Positions 38,528-48,430 of a stretch of 64,000 nt of DNA are shown here, in pieces. The notes under the pieces are model-generated. The model was not told the DNA's origin, made no database searches, and saw nothing but the letters and a program-made list of their open reading frames with translations. The DNA comes from an uncultured delta proteobacterium (GTDB taxonomy: Bacteria; Myxococcota_A; UBA9160; UBA4427). How positions within the stretch are numbered: position 1 is the first letter of the stretch; the number at the start of each line of letters is the position of its first letter. The DNA is taken from NCBI GenBank assembly GCA_963822965.1, contig CAWGJT010000010.1, positions 832,001-896,000 of the forward strand, read 5' to 3'. The translations under genes and the position numbers were made by a program.

Positions 38528-39280
38528 ATGCCCGAGCTCGCGCCCCGCGACCAGGCCAGCCTCGACGGCTTCGTCTCCGATCTGTCGTCCCTCTACGGCG
38601 AGCGTCTGCACGCCGTCGCCCTCACGGGAGAGGCGGCCAGCGAGGCCTACCGGCCGAGACGTACGCCGCTCACGACGGTGGTGGTGATCGACGAGGTCAG
38701 CGCCGCCGCCCTGCGCGAGGCGCGTCCGCGTCTTCGTGCCTGGCGCCGCCGCCGGATCCCGACGCCGCTCTTCCTCGATCCGCTCTACGTCGAGACCTCC
38801 CTCGACACGTTCCCCCTCGAGTTCCTCGAGATCATGAGCCACCACGTGCTGCTTCACGGGGTGCGCGACCCCTTCGCGGCGCTGGAGATCGACGTGGAGC
38901 AGCTGCGCCTGCAGGTGGAGGAGCAGCTCCGGGGCAAGCTGCTGCACCTGTGGGAGGCCTACCTGGAGGCCGGCTCACGCAAGAGCAATCTCGAGCGGCT
39001 GCTGCTCGAATCCCTGCCGGGCTTCGAGATGGTCCTGCGCGGGCTCCTGCGGCTCGAAGGGCAGGCCCCGGCGAAGCCCGCATCGGGCACCCGGCTGGTC
39101 GAGGCCGTATCCGCGCGGCTCGGTGTGCCGCTTCCCACCTTCCTGGCGATCGAGGCGGCGAGGACGTCGGGGCAGGGCATCGCTTCGCCCGATCTCGAGC
39201 CGCGCTTCGCGGGAGTTCTCGAGGAGCTGCGCGCGCTGGTCCGCGCCATCGACGGGCTGGCGACCGGGAGCCCGTCCTGA
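38528..39280 (+). CDS. Nucleotidyltransferase-fold protein associated with TPM/LemA genes
   Basis: YGERLHAVALTG..., DTFPLEFLEI, LRLQVEEQLRGKLLHL; position upstream of TPM and LemA genes. Confidence 0.6.
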   Translation: MPELAPRDQASLDGFVSDLSSLYGERLHAVALTGEAASEAYRPRRTPLTTVVVIDEVSAAALREARPRLRAWRRRRIPTPLFLDPLYVETSLDTFPLEFLEIMSHHVLLHGVRDPFAALEIDVEQLRLQVEEQLRGKLLHLWEAYLEAGSRKSNLERLLLESLPGFEMVLRGLLRLEGQAPAKPASGTRLVEAVSARLGVPLPTFLAIEAARTSGQGIASPDLEPRFAGVLEELRALVRAIDGLATGSPS

Positions 39281-39309
39281 GGCGCGTCCCCCGACGCCCG
39301 AGGCCGCAC

Positions 39310-40068
39310 GTGGCGCGCGGCCTCGCGGTCCTCGCGTGGGTCGGCCTCTGCGTCGTTCGCGTCGCCGGGGCCGACGCGAACGATTTCGCGGCGATTCCGC
39401 CGCTCACCGGACCGGTCGTCGATCGGGCGAACGTGCTCTCTCCCGCTGCGGAGCGCGCCATCGAGAGCCTGGCCGTCGAGCTGAAGCAGAAGACCGGCGC
39501 AGAGATGGCCGTGCTCACGGTGCCGACGACCGCGCCCGAGGACGTCTTCGGCTATGGCATGCGGGTCGTGGACAGCTGGAAGCTCGGGAAGAAAGGCAAG
39601 GACGACGGGCTGCTCTTCCTGTTCGCGACCGGAGATCGCAAGCTGCACATCTTCACCGGCTACGGGCTCGAGGGCATCCTGCCCGACGGTCGCGTGGGCG
39701 AGATCCGGGATCGCTACATCGTGCCGGCCTTCCGGCAGGGGGACTTCGACGGCGGCACCTACGCGGCCATGCGCGCCGCGGCGGAGATCATCGCGACGGA
39801 CGCGGGGGTGACCCTCTCGGGAGAGCCCGTGCGGCCGCCCTCGCGCGGGGGACGGCGGCTGCCGATCCCCCTGCTGCTCTTCGTCCTCGTCGTCTTCTTC
39901 CTGCTGCCGCTCCTGGGCGGAGGCCGACGGCGGCGGGGCTTCGCGCCGGTCTTCTTCGGCGGTGGGCTCGGCGGGGGAAGCCGCGGCGGCTTCGGCGGGG
40001 GCGGCTTCGGGGGTGGCTTCGGCGGGGGCGGCGGCTTCGGCGGGGGCGGCGCCGGCGGGAGCTGGTAA
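39310..40068 (+). CDS. TPM domain (YgcG-like) protein with Gly-rich tail
   Basis: VVDRANVLS, WKLGKKGKDDG, GYGLEGILPD, GGFGGGGAGGSW. Confidence 0.92.
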   Translation: MARGLAVLAWVGLCVVRVAGADANDFAAIPPLTGPVVDRANVLSPAAERAIESLAVELKQKTGAEMAVLTVPTTAPEDVFGYGMRVVDSWKLGKKGKDDGLLFLFATGDRKLHIFTGYGLEGILPDGRVGEIRDRYIVPAFRQGDFDGGTYAAMRAAAEIIATDAGVTLSGEPVRPPSRGGRRLPIPLLLFVLVVFFLLPLLGGGRRRRGFAPVFFGGGLGGGSRGGFGGGGFGGGFGGGGGFGGGGAGGSW

Positions 40069-40117
40069 CGAAGGCCGCGGCCGGTGGTCCGGCCGCATCA
40101 GGGAGGGAGGAAGGCAG

Positions 40118-40699
40118 ATGCATCTCGGAGTCGTACGGCGGGTGGGCGGTCGCGCCCTGCTGCGAGTGGGCGCCCTGTGCGTGCTGGCGCTTCTCGTTCA
40201 GGGGTGCGGCTACAACACGTTGGTGAGCGAGAAGGAGACCGTGGACGCTTCCTGGAGCGAGGTGGAGAACCAGCTCCAACGCCGCAACGACCTCATTCCG
40301 AACCTGGTGAACACCGTGAAGGGGTTCGCGGCCCAGGAGAAGGAGGTGCTCACGCGGGTGACCGAGGCCCGCAGCCGGGTGGCGGGGGCGGGCAGCCGAC
40401 CGGAGCAGATCGAGGCGTCGAACCAGCTCTCGTCGGCGCTCTCCCGTCTGCTGGTCGTCGTAGAGCGCTATCCGAACCTGAAGAGCGACCAGAGCTTCCT
40501 GCGGCTCCAGGACGAGCTGGCGGGCACCGAGAACCGACTCGCCGTCGCACGAAAGCGTTACAACGACGCGGTGCGCGCCTACAACACCACGGCCAAGCGC
40601 TTCCCGACGAATCTGATGGCGCGGCTGTTCGGCTTCGAGGCCGAGACGTACTTCGAGGCCCCCGAGTCGGCCAAGGAGGTCCCTGCGGTGCAGTTCTGA
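40118..40699 (+). CDS. lemA: LemA family protein
   Basis: GCGYN, QRRNDLIPNLV, ERYPNLKS, LAGTENR. Confidence 0.95.
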   Translation: MHLGVVRRVGGRALLRVGALCVLALLVQGCGYNTLVSEKETVDASWSEVENQLQRRNDLIPNLVNTVKGFAAQEKEVLTRVTEARSRVAGAGSRPEQIEASNQLSSALSRLLVVVERYPNLKSDQSFLRLQDELAGTENRLAVARKRYNDAVRAYNTTAKRFPTNLMARLFGFEAETYFEAPESAKEVPAVQF

Positions 40700-40759
40700 A
40701 GGAGGTGGGGCGAGCGGCCTCGCGCCACGGCGCTACGCTCGTGCTTTGCGGAGGCGTCC

Positions 40760-40807
40760 GTGCAGCGCTACCTCCTCACCGGGGCCACCGGCTTCATCGG
40801 GCGGCAC
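40760..40807 (+). pseudogene. 5' stub of an NAD-dependent epimerase/dehydratase (extended SDR) gene
   Basis: GGAGG RBS + GTG then QRYLLTGATGFIGRH; similarity ends at the stop of the convergent gene. Confidence 0.65.
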
Positions 40808-40811
40808 CCCG

Positions 40812-41579
40812 TCAGCGCTTCGGGCCCCCGCTGGTTCCCGGCCAGCGCGATCCGCCGATGGTGTCGGCGTGCGGCCAGAAGGCGTCCGGATCGAGGGCGC
40901 CTTCCAGGGTGATGTTGCGGCTGGTGGGCATGGCGGTCCAGAGCCGGGCGCTGACGGCACCGTGGATGGGCAGCCGGTGCGCGATGGGGTCCCAGCGGCT
41001 CTCGCGCAGGACCAGCTCGCCTTCGACCTTCTCCTGGAAGAAGGTCTGGTAGGTGGTCTCGACCTTCACGACGTGCGGCGGGAAGTCGTAGGTCTTCTCG
41101 GCGCCGCCGACAGCGCGCGACACCTTGATCCACCACTCGTGCTCGACGTAGGGCTCCGGATTGTCGAGGACGCCCGCTGTCTTGCCTTCGAACTCGAGGA
41201 ACGTGTAGCCCTGGTGGGTGCAGCGGGCGACGACCCGCTCGCCGAGACGGTAGTACGTGATCTCGCAGGGGTACTTGGGCTGTCCGTTCATGTCGCGGCT
41301 GATGAAGATGGCCGACTCCTGGTCGATGCCGTAGCCGAGCGCGTAGTAGCCGGCGGTGTCGCGGTAGCTCGCGTCCACCGTCACCACGACGCCGTACTCC
41401 GGCTCGTCGGGGACGGGGAAGTTGTAGATCGAGAGGTGGACCTGGGGCTGCGGACCGGGATCGATCCCGGGCGGCAGCAGGGCCGCGACGTTCGCCTCGT
41501 CGGTGGGGTAGTCGATCTTCAGGATCGGCCATCCGAGGATGTCGCCGGGGTTGATCTTGGGGCCGCTCTGCTCGCTCAT
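40812..41579 (-). CDS. Acetoacetate decarboxylase family protein
   Basis: AALLPPG, SRDMNGQPK (Schiff-base Lys region), WDPIAHRLP. Confidence 0.75.
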   Translation of the reverse strand: MSEQSGPKINPGDILGWPILKIDYPTDEANVAALLPPGIDPGPQPQVHLSIYNFPVPDEPEYGVVVTVDASYRDTAGYYALGYGIDQESAIFISRDMNGQPKYPCEITYYRLGERVVARCTHQGYTFLEFEGKTAGVLDNPEPYVEHEWWIKVSRAVGGAEKTYDFPPHVVKVETTYQTFFQEKVEGELVLRESRWDPIAHRLPIHGAVSARLWTAMPTSRNITLEGALDPDAFWPHADTIGGSRWPGTSGGPKR

Positions 41580-41669
41580 ATCGAATTCCTCTTCTCCACG
41601 GGTCCACGGGGTTCACCCACGCGGTTCACCGGCCGGGCTCCGGCCGCTCGGGTTGGCATCCGGTCGTCT

Positions 41670-43160
41670 CTACTCTCGTGGCTGGACGATATCCGATCCT
41701 GTCGCCGCAGTCGGCGGCGAGAGGCCGTCGATTTCCCGTCGGATCGCCCGGTGCCGCTCCCGGTCGATGTCGTATCCCCAGAGGAGCGCCACTGGAACCA
41801 GAATCAGGATCAGGACGCAGGGGCCATAGACGATCCCCAGGCCCTGCACCACGGCGCCGGGCACGAAGGAGGGATCGGCATTGGGGTCGAGACCCACCCA
41901 GTCGATGGCCACGCCCGCGAGCAGCGTGCCGAGGCCCGACGTCGCCTTCCCCACGAACGAGACGCTGCTGTAGTAGATGCCCTCCTGCCGGGTTCCGTGC
42001 AGGCGCTCGTGCTCGTCGGTCACGTCGGCGACCATCGAGCTGGTGACGACGCTGAGCACGCCCATCCCGAATCCGCCCACGGTGCCGCCGGCCATGAGCA
42101 GCGCGGTGGTCAGCGTCTCTCCGTTGGCGGGTGCGAGACCCAGGAGCCGCGCGTTGACCATCAGCGACGTGAAGAACGCGAACCACAACATCCCCAGGAT
42201 GGCGGCATTGCGCTTGCTGCCCATGCGGTGCGCAATGGGCGTGGCGATCAGGGCGCCGATCACGCCGCCCCCCATCCCCGCCGACAGCAGGGCGCCGAGT
42301 GCGGTGCCCTCGAGCTGCCAGAAGAAGGTGAGGATGTAGGTGGCGAGGGTCGCGAGCAGGCCCATGACCGCCGCGTTCGCGATCATCGCCGCCAGCACGA
42401 AGCGGAAGGGTCGCACGGAGACCGCCTCCCGCAGCTCGCGCCCGAGGCGAAGGAGTCGGAGGGGCTCGTAGTGCTCGGGCGCGCGCGGCAGCCGGGGAAT
42501 GTACGCGTGGGTGCCGAGCCCCGAGAGCAGGATCGTCACCGCCATGGCGACGGCGGCGGTCGCCGCAAAGGCCGGGTAGTGCGTCCGGTCGAGCTGGCCC
42601 CCGTCCCCGAAGAAGAACACGAAGCCTCCCATGATGACGCTGACGGCCCCGCCGATGGACAGAAACGAGCGCACGGAGGCCAGGGTCGTGCGCTCGTCGT
42701 AGTCGCGGGTGAGCTCGGCGCCGAGCGTCATGTGCGGCACGGAGTAGAACGTGAGCGCCACCCGGGTCGCGATGGCGAAGCCGGCGAGCCACAGGAAGAG
42801 CCCCGTCTGGCCGAGCCCCTCGGGCGGCACGAAGAGCAGGTAGAAGACGATCGCGAAGGGCACGGCGGAGCCGTACATGAACGGATGCCGGCGCCCCCAG
42901 CGCGATTGGTGTCGATCGGAGATCGATCCCACCAGGGGATCCGTGACGGCGTCGACCACCAGCGCCGCGAAGAGCGCCCAGCCCGAGAGGGTTCCCGAAA
43001 GACCGAGCGCCTGGTTGTAGTAGAAGAGCAGGAAGTAGCTGAAGGCGCCGTTCTTGATGCCCTCGGCATAGGAGCCCAGCCCGAATGCGATCCGCCCCGG
43101 CCAGGACACGGAAGGCGCCCGGGGCGTCGCGAGAGACGCGGGGCTCGATACGTTCTGCAT
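41670..43160 (-). CDS. MFS transporter, glycoside-pentoside-hexuronide (GPH) type
   Basis: DAVTDPLVGSISD, WGRRHPF, ELTRDYDERT, RQEGIYY. Confidence 0.9.
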   Translation of the reverse strand: MQNVSSPASLATPRAPSVSWPGRIAFGLGSYAEGIKNGAFSYFLLFYYNQALGLSGTLSGWALFAALVVDAVTDPLVGSISDRHQSRWGRRHPFMYGSAVPFAIVFYLLFVPPEGLGQTGLFLWLAGFAIATRVALTFYSVPHMTLGAELTRDYDERTTLASVRSFLSIGGAVSVIMGGFVFFFGDGGQLDRTHYPAFAATAAVAMAVTILLSGLGTHAYIPRLPRAPEHYEPLRLLRLGRELREAVSVRPFRFVLAAMIANAAVMGLLATLATYILTFFWQLEGTALGALLSAGMGGGVIGALIATPIAHRMGSKRNAAILGMLWFAFFTSLMVNARLLGLAPANGETLTTALLMAGGTVGGFGMGVLSVVTSSMVADVTDEHERLHGTRQEGIYYSSVSFVGKATSGLGTLLAGVAIDWVGLDPNADPSFVPGAVVQGLGIVYGPCVLILILVPVALLWGYDIDRERHRAIRREIDGLSPPTAATGSDIVQPRE

Positions 43161-43209
43161 GGCCCGATTCAAGCACAGGCGATCCGGGACCGGGCGGAGG
43201 AGGAAGCGA

Positions 43210-43539
43210 ATGATCTTCGTCTTCGAGGTGCACCTGCGCGGTGGCTACCCGGCGTCGCAGTACGCGGAGGCCTGGGTGCGGGCCAGTGAGATCATCCAGA
43301 CGGCGCCCGGAGCCCGCGGGACCCGCCTGCACCGGAAGCTCGGGGACCCGCAGGTGCTGGTGGCGATCGCGAGCTGGGACTCCAAGGAGGCGCGCGACGC
43401 CGCCGAGGCCCAGCGCGATCCGAGGGTGCAGGCCATCCTCGACGAGCAGGCGCGGCACGTCGAGATCCGCGTCATCGGGGAGCTCGACGATCCCGACTGG
43501 GTCGTCCTCCCGCCCGGCGGCGCAGCCGAAGCCGGGTGA
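43210..43539 (+). CDS. Antibiotic biosynthesis monooxygenase (ABM)-like protein
   Basis: APGARGTRLHR...IASWDS; GGAGGAGG RBS. Confidence 0.75.
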   Translation: MIFVFEVHLRGGYPASQYAEAWVRASEIIQTAPGARGTRLHRKLGDPQVLVAIASWDSKEARDAAEAQRDPRVQAILDEQARHVEIRVIGELDDPDWVVLPPGGAAEAG

Positions 43540-43606
43540 GGCTCGTTGGCGAGGGAGCTTCGGGCGGCATCGGGAGTCGCGCCCCGATCCGGATGACGGG
43601 TCCGGG

Positions 43607-44344
43607 CTAGAGCAGGTGGGCCAGCTGCTCGCGGGACCAGACCCCCATGTACTTGACGTTCGGCTCGTGGAGCCGGTCCTCGATCAGGTGCAGCGGCTCG
43701 GGCAGGTCGAAGGGGGCCCGCTGCAGGTTGAGACGACGCACGGCGCCCGTCGTCGAGTCGCGATTCGTCTCGATCGAAGGAAAGGTGTTCGTCATCAGGT
43801 AGCGGCACGACGAACGCGCCGCGTTTCGCAGCGCCCCGAGCACCTGCTCGTTGGTCAGGTGGATGAAGCAGTCCCGGCAGAAGAAGACGTCCGCCTCGGG
43901 CAGCGGGCCCTCGATGATGTCGAGCTTGACGAAGCTTCGCTTCTCGTCGCCGTGCTCGCGCTGCAGGCGCTCCACGAGGGCGCTCACGATGTCTCCGCCG
44001 ATGTACGCATCGAGGTCCCAATCGACGGCGCGCATCCAGTTGAAATCGCCGCAGGGAGCGTCGAGGATGCTGTGCGCGTCGAGCGTCCGGAAGAGCCCGG
44101 GCAGCGCGGCCCGCAGCGCCTCGGTCCCGGAGACCGTCGAGCCGATGCCCGAGACCGACTCCTCGGACTGCCAGAGGTGCTCCTCGTAGAAGGCGTTGAA
44201 GGCCTCCTCGGTGGATCGGCCCGCAAATCGGCTCCGGCCCCGGTAGATCGTCGCCCCGAGCACCCTACGCAGGGCGCGTGCTGTGCATCTCGAAGAGTGT
44301 TCGCGCGAGCCTCGCAGGGAGGTCGCCGAAGCGAAGCTCCGCAT
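43607..44344 (-). CDS. Class I SAM-dependent methyltransferase (start uncertain)
   Basis: SVSGIGS, ILDAPCGDFNW, YIGGDIV, CRDCFIHL, LNLQRAPF. Confidence 0.8.
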   Translation of the reverse strand: MRSFASATSLRGSREHSSRCTARALRRVLGATIYRGRSRFAGRSTEEAFNAFYEEHLWQSEESVSGIGSTVSGTEALRAALPGLFRTLDAHSILDAPCGDFNWMRAVDWDLDAYIGGDIVSALVERLQREHGDEKRSFVKLDIIEGPLPEADVFFCRDCFIHLTNEQVLGALRNAARSSCRYLMTNTFPSIETNRDSTTGAVRRLNLQRAPFDLPEPLHLIEDRLHEPNVKYMGVWSREQLAHLL

Positions 44345-44981
44345 CGTGTACGACGGCGTCGAGGTGCCGGCAGAAAGGCCCCCCCGACGCGACGTGGGTG
44401 GGGCGCCGGTCGTGGCCATGGTGGGAAGGCTCGTGGACTGGAAGGGGCAGCACCTGCTCGTCGAGGCCGCGCCCCTCGTCCTCGAGCGGGTTCCCGACGC
44501 GCGGATCGTGTTCGTCGGAGGCGCCCCGCCCGACGGAAACGACGCCTATGCGCGCAGACTGCGAGACCTCGCGCGAGAGCTCGGCGTGGCCGATCGCTGT
44601 GAGTTCCTGGGGCCGGTCTTCGACGTGGAACGCCGCATGCGCGAATCGTTCGACGTCGTGGTCCACGCCTCGACGACGCCGGAGCCCTTCGGGCTGGTCG
44701 TCGCCGAGGCCATGGCTGCGGGATGTCCCGTGGTGGCGAGCGACGCGGGCGGGCCCGCGGAGATCGTCGAGGACGGTCGTTCCGGGCTGCTCTTCCGAAC
44801 CGGCGACCCGAAAGACCTGGCGGGGAAGATCGTCCGGGTGCTGCAGGAGCCCGGCCTCGCCGGAGCGCTCGCGGAGGCAGGCTGGCAGCGGGTGCGCGAG
44901 CGGTTCGACGCGCGGCGCACGGCGGCCGAGGTGATGGCCGTGTGGGAGGAGGTATTGCACGGCGCGGATCCGGGTGCCTGA
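44266..44981 (+). pseudogene. GT4 glycosyltransferase, C-terminal half only, with a frameshift near 44317-44322
   Basis: VGRLVDWKG, EPFGLVVAEAMAAG, GGPAEIV; upstream YAGRVLCISKSVRASL lies in another frame; N-terminal domain absent. Confidence 0.75.
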
Positions 44982-45121
44982 GGTCGTCGCCTACCGGGCC
45001 CGGCGTCCTGCTCACCCGGCCCTGAACACGCCGATCCGAGTGGGCGAGCGGCACGTTTCGCTCGACCTGGCAACGCCTTGGCGGTGTACAATGGGGGCAT
45101 CCCCGCACCCCGAGGCTCTGT

Positions 45122-48100
45122 TTGCGTCTTCCGCTGTTCTGCCGGCTGGTACTGCACGTGTTGCTCGGAAGCATCGCCGGGTCGGCCAGTGCAGCCGTGT
45201 GTCATTCCGTCGGATCCGCCAGCTGGAACGGCATCGCCGACGCTGCGCCCTGGGACTGTCCGACGACGGGACCCGGCGACTCCTTCGAGGTCGAGTCGGG
45301 CCACACGATCACGATCACCGCGCCGATCCAGTGGACGCAGGTGACCCCGGTGGCGTCGCCGGGACGCGGCCCGTCCCTCACCGTCCGCGACGGCGGACGG
45401 CTCGTCTGCCGGCTGGCGGACGGCTGTACCGGAATCGACTGGGACGGGGGCCTGATCGTCGAGGGCAGCGGCCAGCTGACGGCTCGCGGCCGGTACCTCG
45501 ACCTGGACCGCGCCATCCCCGGCCTGGTGGATACGGCGGCGGAGGCGGGCCTGCTGCCCGCGGGAGACGTGGTGCCTTGTCCCGTCTGGAACTTCTCGGG
45601 CTTCGTGTCGGACTGCGCGCTCGGCGACCCGAACCACGTGGCGCTCGTCTACCCTCACGCCGAGGCCACGGCCTCGATCCTGGCCTCCGTGGCCGCCATC
45701 CAGCCCGGCGATACGTGGATCTGGGTGGATCCGGACATCTCGGATCCTGACGATGCACCCGTCGACGAGAACTTCCCGTACGAGGTCGTCTTCGCGGATG
45801 CGGACTTCGCCGGGGCCGGCACGCACGCGGTCGTGGTCCTGGACGTCCGGCAGACGGATCCGAACGATCCGATCGACAACGACGGGCCCGAAGCCCACTA
45901 CCCGACGAGCCTGCGACAGATCCGCCAGGCGACCGTGGACCCGGGCGCGCCCACCACGCAAGGGAGCCTGGACGGCCGGCCGTTCCTCCTGTTCGTCGAC
46001 CCCGCCGTGCTGCCGAGGATCGCCGTCTATTCGAAGCCGGGCGATCCGGCGGACGGATGGGTCCGGGAGGAGCTGGTGGGTCGCTTCGTGCGACCGTTCT
46101 GCGGTGCAGGCATTCCCTGCCCCTATGCCTGGCGGATCGTTCGCACCTACGACGCCCTGGCGGACGGACTGTCGCCCTACGGCGACTGTCCGGGGGGCTC
46201 GGGCACGTGCGACGCCCTGGAGGTATACACGCCCTTCGGGCTCGATCGGGCTGTCGCCCCGGGCGACTCGCTCCTGGTCGACTACGGCTTCGCTCCGGGG
46301 GATCTCGCGCTGGTGCGTCGGGACGTGCGGCTTCGGGATGCAGGTCCGAGCCAGGCGGCTCCGCCGGGCCGGCATCGCCTGGACCTGTCGTCGCTCACGG
46401 GCGACGACCGCCTCGATCTGCGGGCCGTGATCGTGGAAGACACGGCGATCGAGCTGGATCGCACCGACGGCGCGGGCTCGAGCTTTGTCGACGTGTGGGT
46501 TCGTGACCCGTACCACGGAACCGGGAACTCGATCTTCTCGATGCAGGACGCGGACGACTGGCACTGGGAGCGGGTCTCGGTCTCGCTCAACCTGCGACCG
46601 GGCGTCGCCATCACGCGACCGCACGGGGTGACCTGGGGCAGCGGCCCCGATGCCGGCGAGATCACTGGCTGGCAGGTGGACCAGCTCGGATGGCGCTACG
46701 TGGCGGACGACTGGATCTCGTGCGGAGGCAACGGCGGCGTGACGGGAAGCGAGATCACGGGCCGTCGGGTCCGCTTCCAGTGGGCGAGCGACCTCTCGAG
46801 CTCGCAGCAGTTTGCGTCGGACAACTCGACCTGTCCCCGAAACTTCGATGCCCACTGGATAGACGCGGAGTGCGTGCAGTGCTCGACCCCGGCGGCGGGC
46901 GTGCTGGGCAACCGGATCGGGCGTTACGAGGGACTGCTGGTGATCGCCTCGAGCGGACACATCGGGCCGGGGGCGGGAGCTCTCGCAGGGGTCGAGACGA
47001 TGCAGGATGTGATGGTCCTGGGCTCCACCTATTCTGCGCCCAATGCGCCGGTCGATCACTTCGTGTACGCGCACATCGACGGTTGTGGTGGCGGTCAGCA
47101 ACACGCCTTCTTCGGCCAGCTGAACGACGTCGAGCAACGCAACGGGCTGGTGCGGGATTCGCTGCTGCGCCGCGGCTTCTATCGAACCGAGTCGGCGACT
47201 TCGGAGAGCCCGGGCATGGTCGGGGACGCGGTGTTCGAGAACGTGCTGTTTCTGGACACCGGGGACATCGACGAGGCGCCCGGCTGTCCGGGGGCGCCCG
47301 ACTACGGCACCCGCAACCCGCCGATCGACGCCTGTCCCGTGGGGGTCATTCCGCCGGATCGGCCCGCCCAGTGCGAGGGCCTGCGCATCAACCCCCGGAT
47401 CGGTACCGACGCCGGCATCCAGTGGCGCAACGTGACGATGGCGCAGCGCCCGCGATCGCCGATCTCGTTCGCCTCGATGCTGTTCTCGAACGACGCGAGC
47501 GCTCCTTACTCGCAGATCGACGGCTTCCTCTTCTGGAAGCCTTCCCCGCCGCTCGGCACCACCTCGCAGACACCGGGGCAGGAGTGGCCCATCTACTGCC
47601 CCACCGGCGCCAGGTGCGCCCAGATCCTGGCGCTGCAGCAGGAGCCCCACTGCTTCGCGAGCAGCTTCGAGGCCATCGAGGGCGGCGGGCACGAAGGGCT
47701 GTATCCCTCGGAGACGGTCTCCGGCGAGCCGCTCGACCTTGCGGGCCCCGCTCGCGGAGACTTCACCCCGCTTGCCGGGGGGCGCGCGGACGGGGCGGGC
47801 TGCGGCATCGAGGGCGGCAGCGAGGCGCCGGGCATCGCCGACTGGCGGCCCATGCACCGGTGGCTCCGTCAGGCGCCCGAGACCGCGAGTCGCCCCCACG
47901 AGGCCTGGCTCGACAGCGACGGCGACGGGATGCGGGACGTCTTCGAGGTGCGATACGGATTCGATCGCCTGCTGGGCGATGAGGAGCCCGACGGCATTCC
48001 CGACGGCATGCAGGACCCGGACGCCGACGGTCTGGGCAACGAGGACGAGGACCGTCACGGCACCGATCCACGCGTGGCCGACAGCGACGGCGATGGGCTG

Positions 48101-48430
48101 CTGGACGGCTTCGAGGTGGCGGGAGGCCTCGACCCGCTGCACGACGGGACCGGGGATGCGCGGCAGGGCGCGCTGGGCGACGGCGACGCGGACGGTCTCG
48201 ACAACCTCGCCGAGCAGCAGGCTGGGACGGCCCCGGACGACCCGGACACCGACGGCGACGGCTACGACGACGGTGAAGAGGCCGCGGCGGGCACCGACGG
48301 CTCGAACCCATTCTCGCACCCGATGCCCGGGCGGCTGCCGGTCCTCGGCGGCGTCGGCCTGGCCACGCTGGCCACGCTCCTCGCCGGGCTGGGAGCGGCC
48401 GTGTCCTACGGCGGTGTCCGGCGTCGCTGA
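45122..48430 (+). CDS. Large secreted protein (1102 aa) with Ca-binding DxDGDG (TSP3-like) repeats and an IPTL-CTERM-like tail
   Basis: Signal peptide, acidic Cys-rich body, DSDGDG/DADG repeats at 47912-48312, LPVL + TM + RRR end; TACAAT at 45087. Confidence 0.8.
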   Translation: MRLPLFCRLVLHVLLGSIAGSASAAVCHSVGSASWNGIADAAPWDCPTTGPGDSFEVESGHTITITAPIQWTQVTPVASPGRGPSLTVRDGGRLVCRLADGCTGIDWDGGLIVEGSGQLTARGRYLDLDRAIPGLVDTAAEAGLLPAGDVVPCPVWNFSGFVSDCALGDPNHVALVYPHAEATASILASVAAIQPGDTWIWVDPDISDPDDAPVDENFPYEVVFADADFAGAGTHAVVVLDVRQTDPNDPIDNDGPEAHYPTSLRQIRQATVDPGAPTTQGSLDGRPFLLFVDPAVLPRIAVYSKPGDPADGWVREELVGRFVRPFCGAGIPCPYAWRIVRTYDALADGLSPYGDCPGGSGTCDALEVYTPFGLDRAVAPGDSLLVDYGFAPGDLALVRRDVRLRDAGPSQAAPPGRHRLDLSSLTGDDRLDLRAVIVEDTAIELDRTDGAGSSFVDVWVRDPYHGTGNSIFSMQDADDWHWERVSVSLNLRPGVAITRPHGVTWGSGPDAGEITGWQVDQLGWRYVADDWISCGGNGGVTGSEITGRRVRFQWASDLSSSQQFASDNSTCPRNFDAHWIDAECVQCSTPAAGVLGNRIGRYEGLLVIASSGHIGPGAGALAGVETMQDVMVLGSTYSAPNAPVDHFVYAHIDGCGGGQQHAFFGQLNDVEQRNGLVRDSLLRRGFYRTESATSESPGMVGDAVFENVLFLDTGDIDEAPGCPGAPDYGTRNPPIDACPVGVIPPDRPAQCEGLRINPRIGTDAGIQWRNVTMAQRPRSPISFASMLFSNDASAPYSQIDGFLFWKPSPPLGTTSQTPGQEWPIYCPTGARCAQILALQQEPHCFASSFEAIEGGGHEGLYPSETVSGEPLDLAGPARGDFTPLAGGRADGAGCGIEGGSEAPGIADWRPMHRWLRQAPETASRPHEAWLDSDGDGMRDVFEVRYGFDRLLGDEEPDGIPDGMQDPDADGLGNEDEDRHGTDPRVADSDGDGLLDGFEVAGGLDPLHDGTGDARQGALGDGDADGLDNLAEQQAGTAPDDPDTDGDGYDDGEEAAAGTDGSNPFSHPMPGRLPVLGGVGLATLATLLAGLGAAVSYGGVRRR

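Noticed and set aside
39955..40065. GGC-rich tandem-like repeat
   Set aside because: Encodes the normal Gly-rich tail of TPM/YgcG proteins
43158..43161. Second shared CATG start (MFS on minus, ABM on plus)
   Set aside because: The ABM gene has a strong RBS before ATG 43210, so the overlap is unnecessary
45068..45082. Possible sigma54 site TGGCAACGCCTTGGC
   Set aside because: Poor -12 match; the nearby TACAAT explains the promoter more simply
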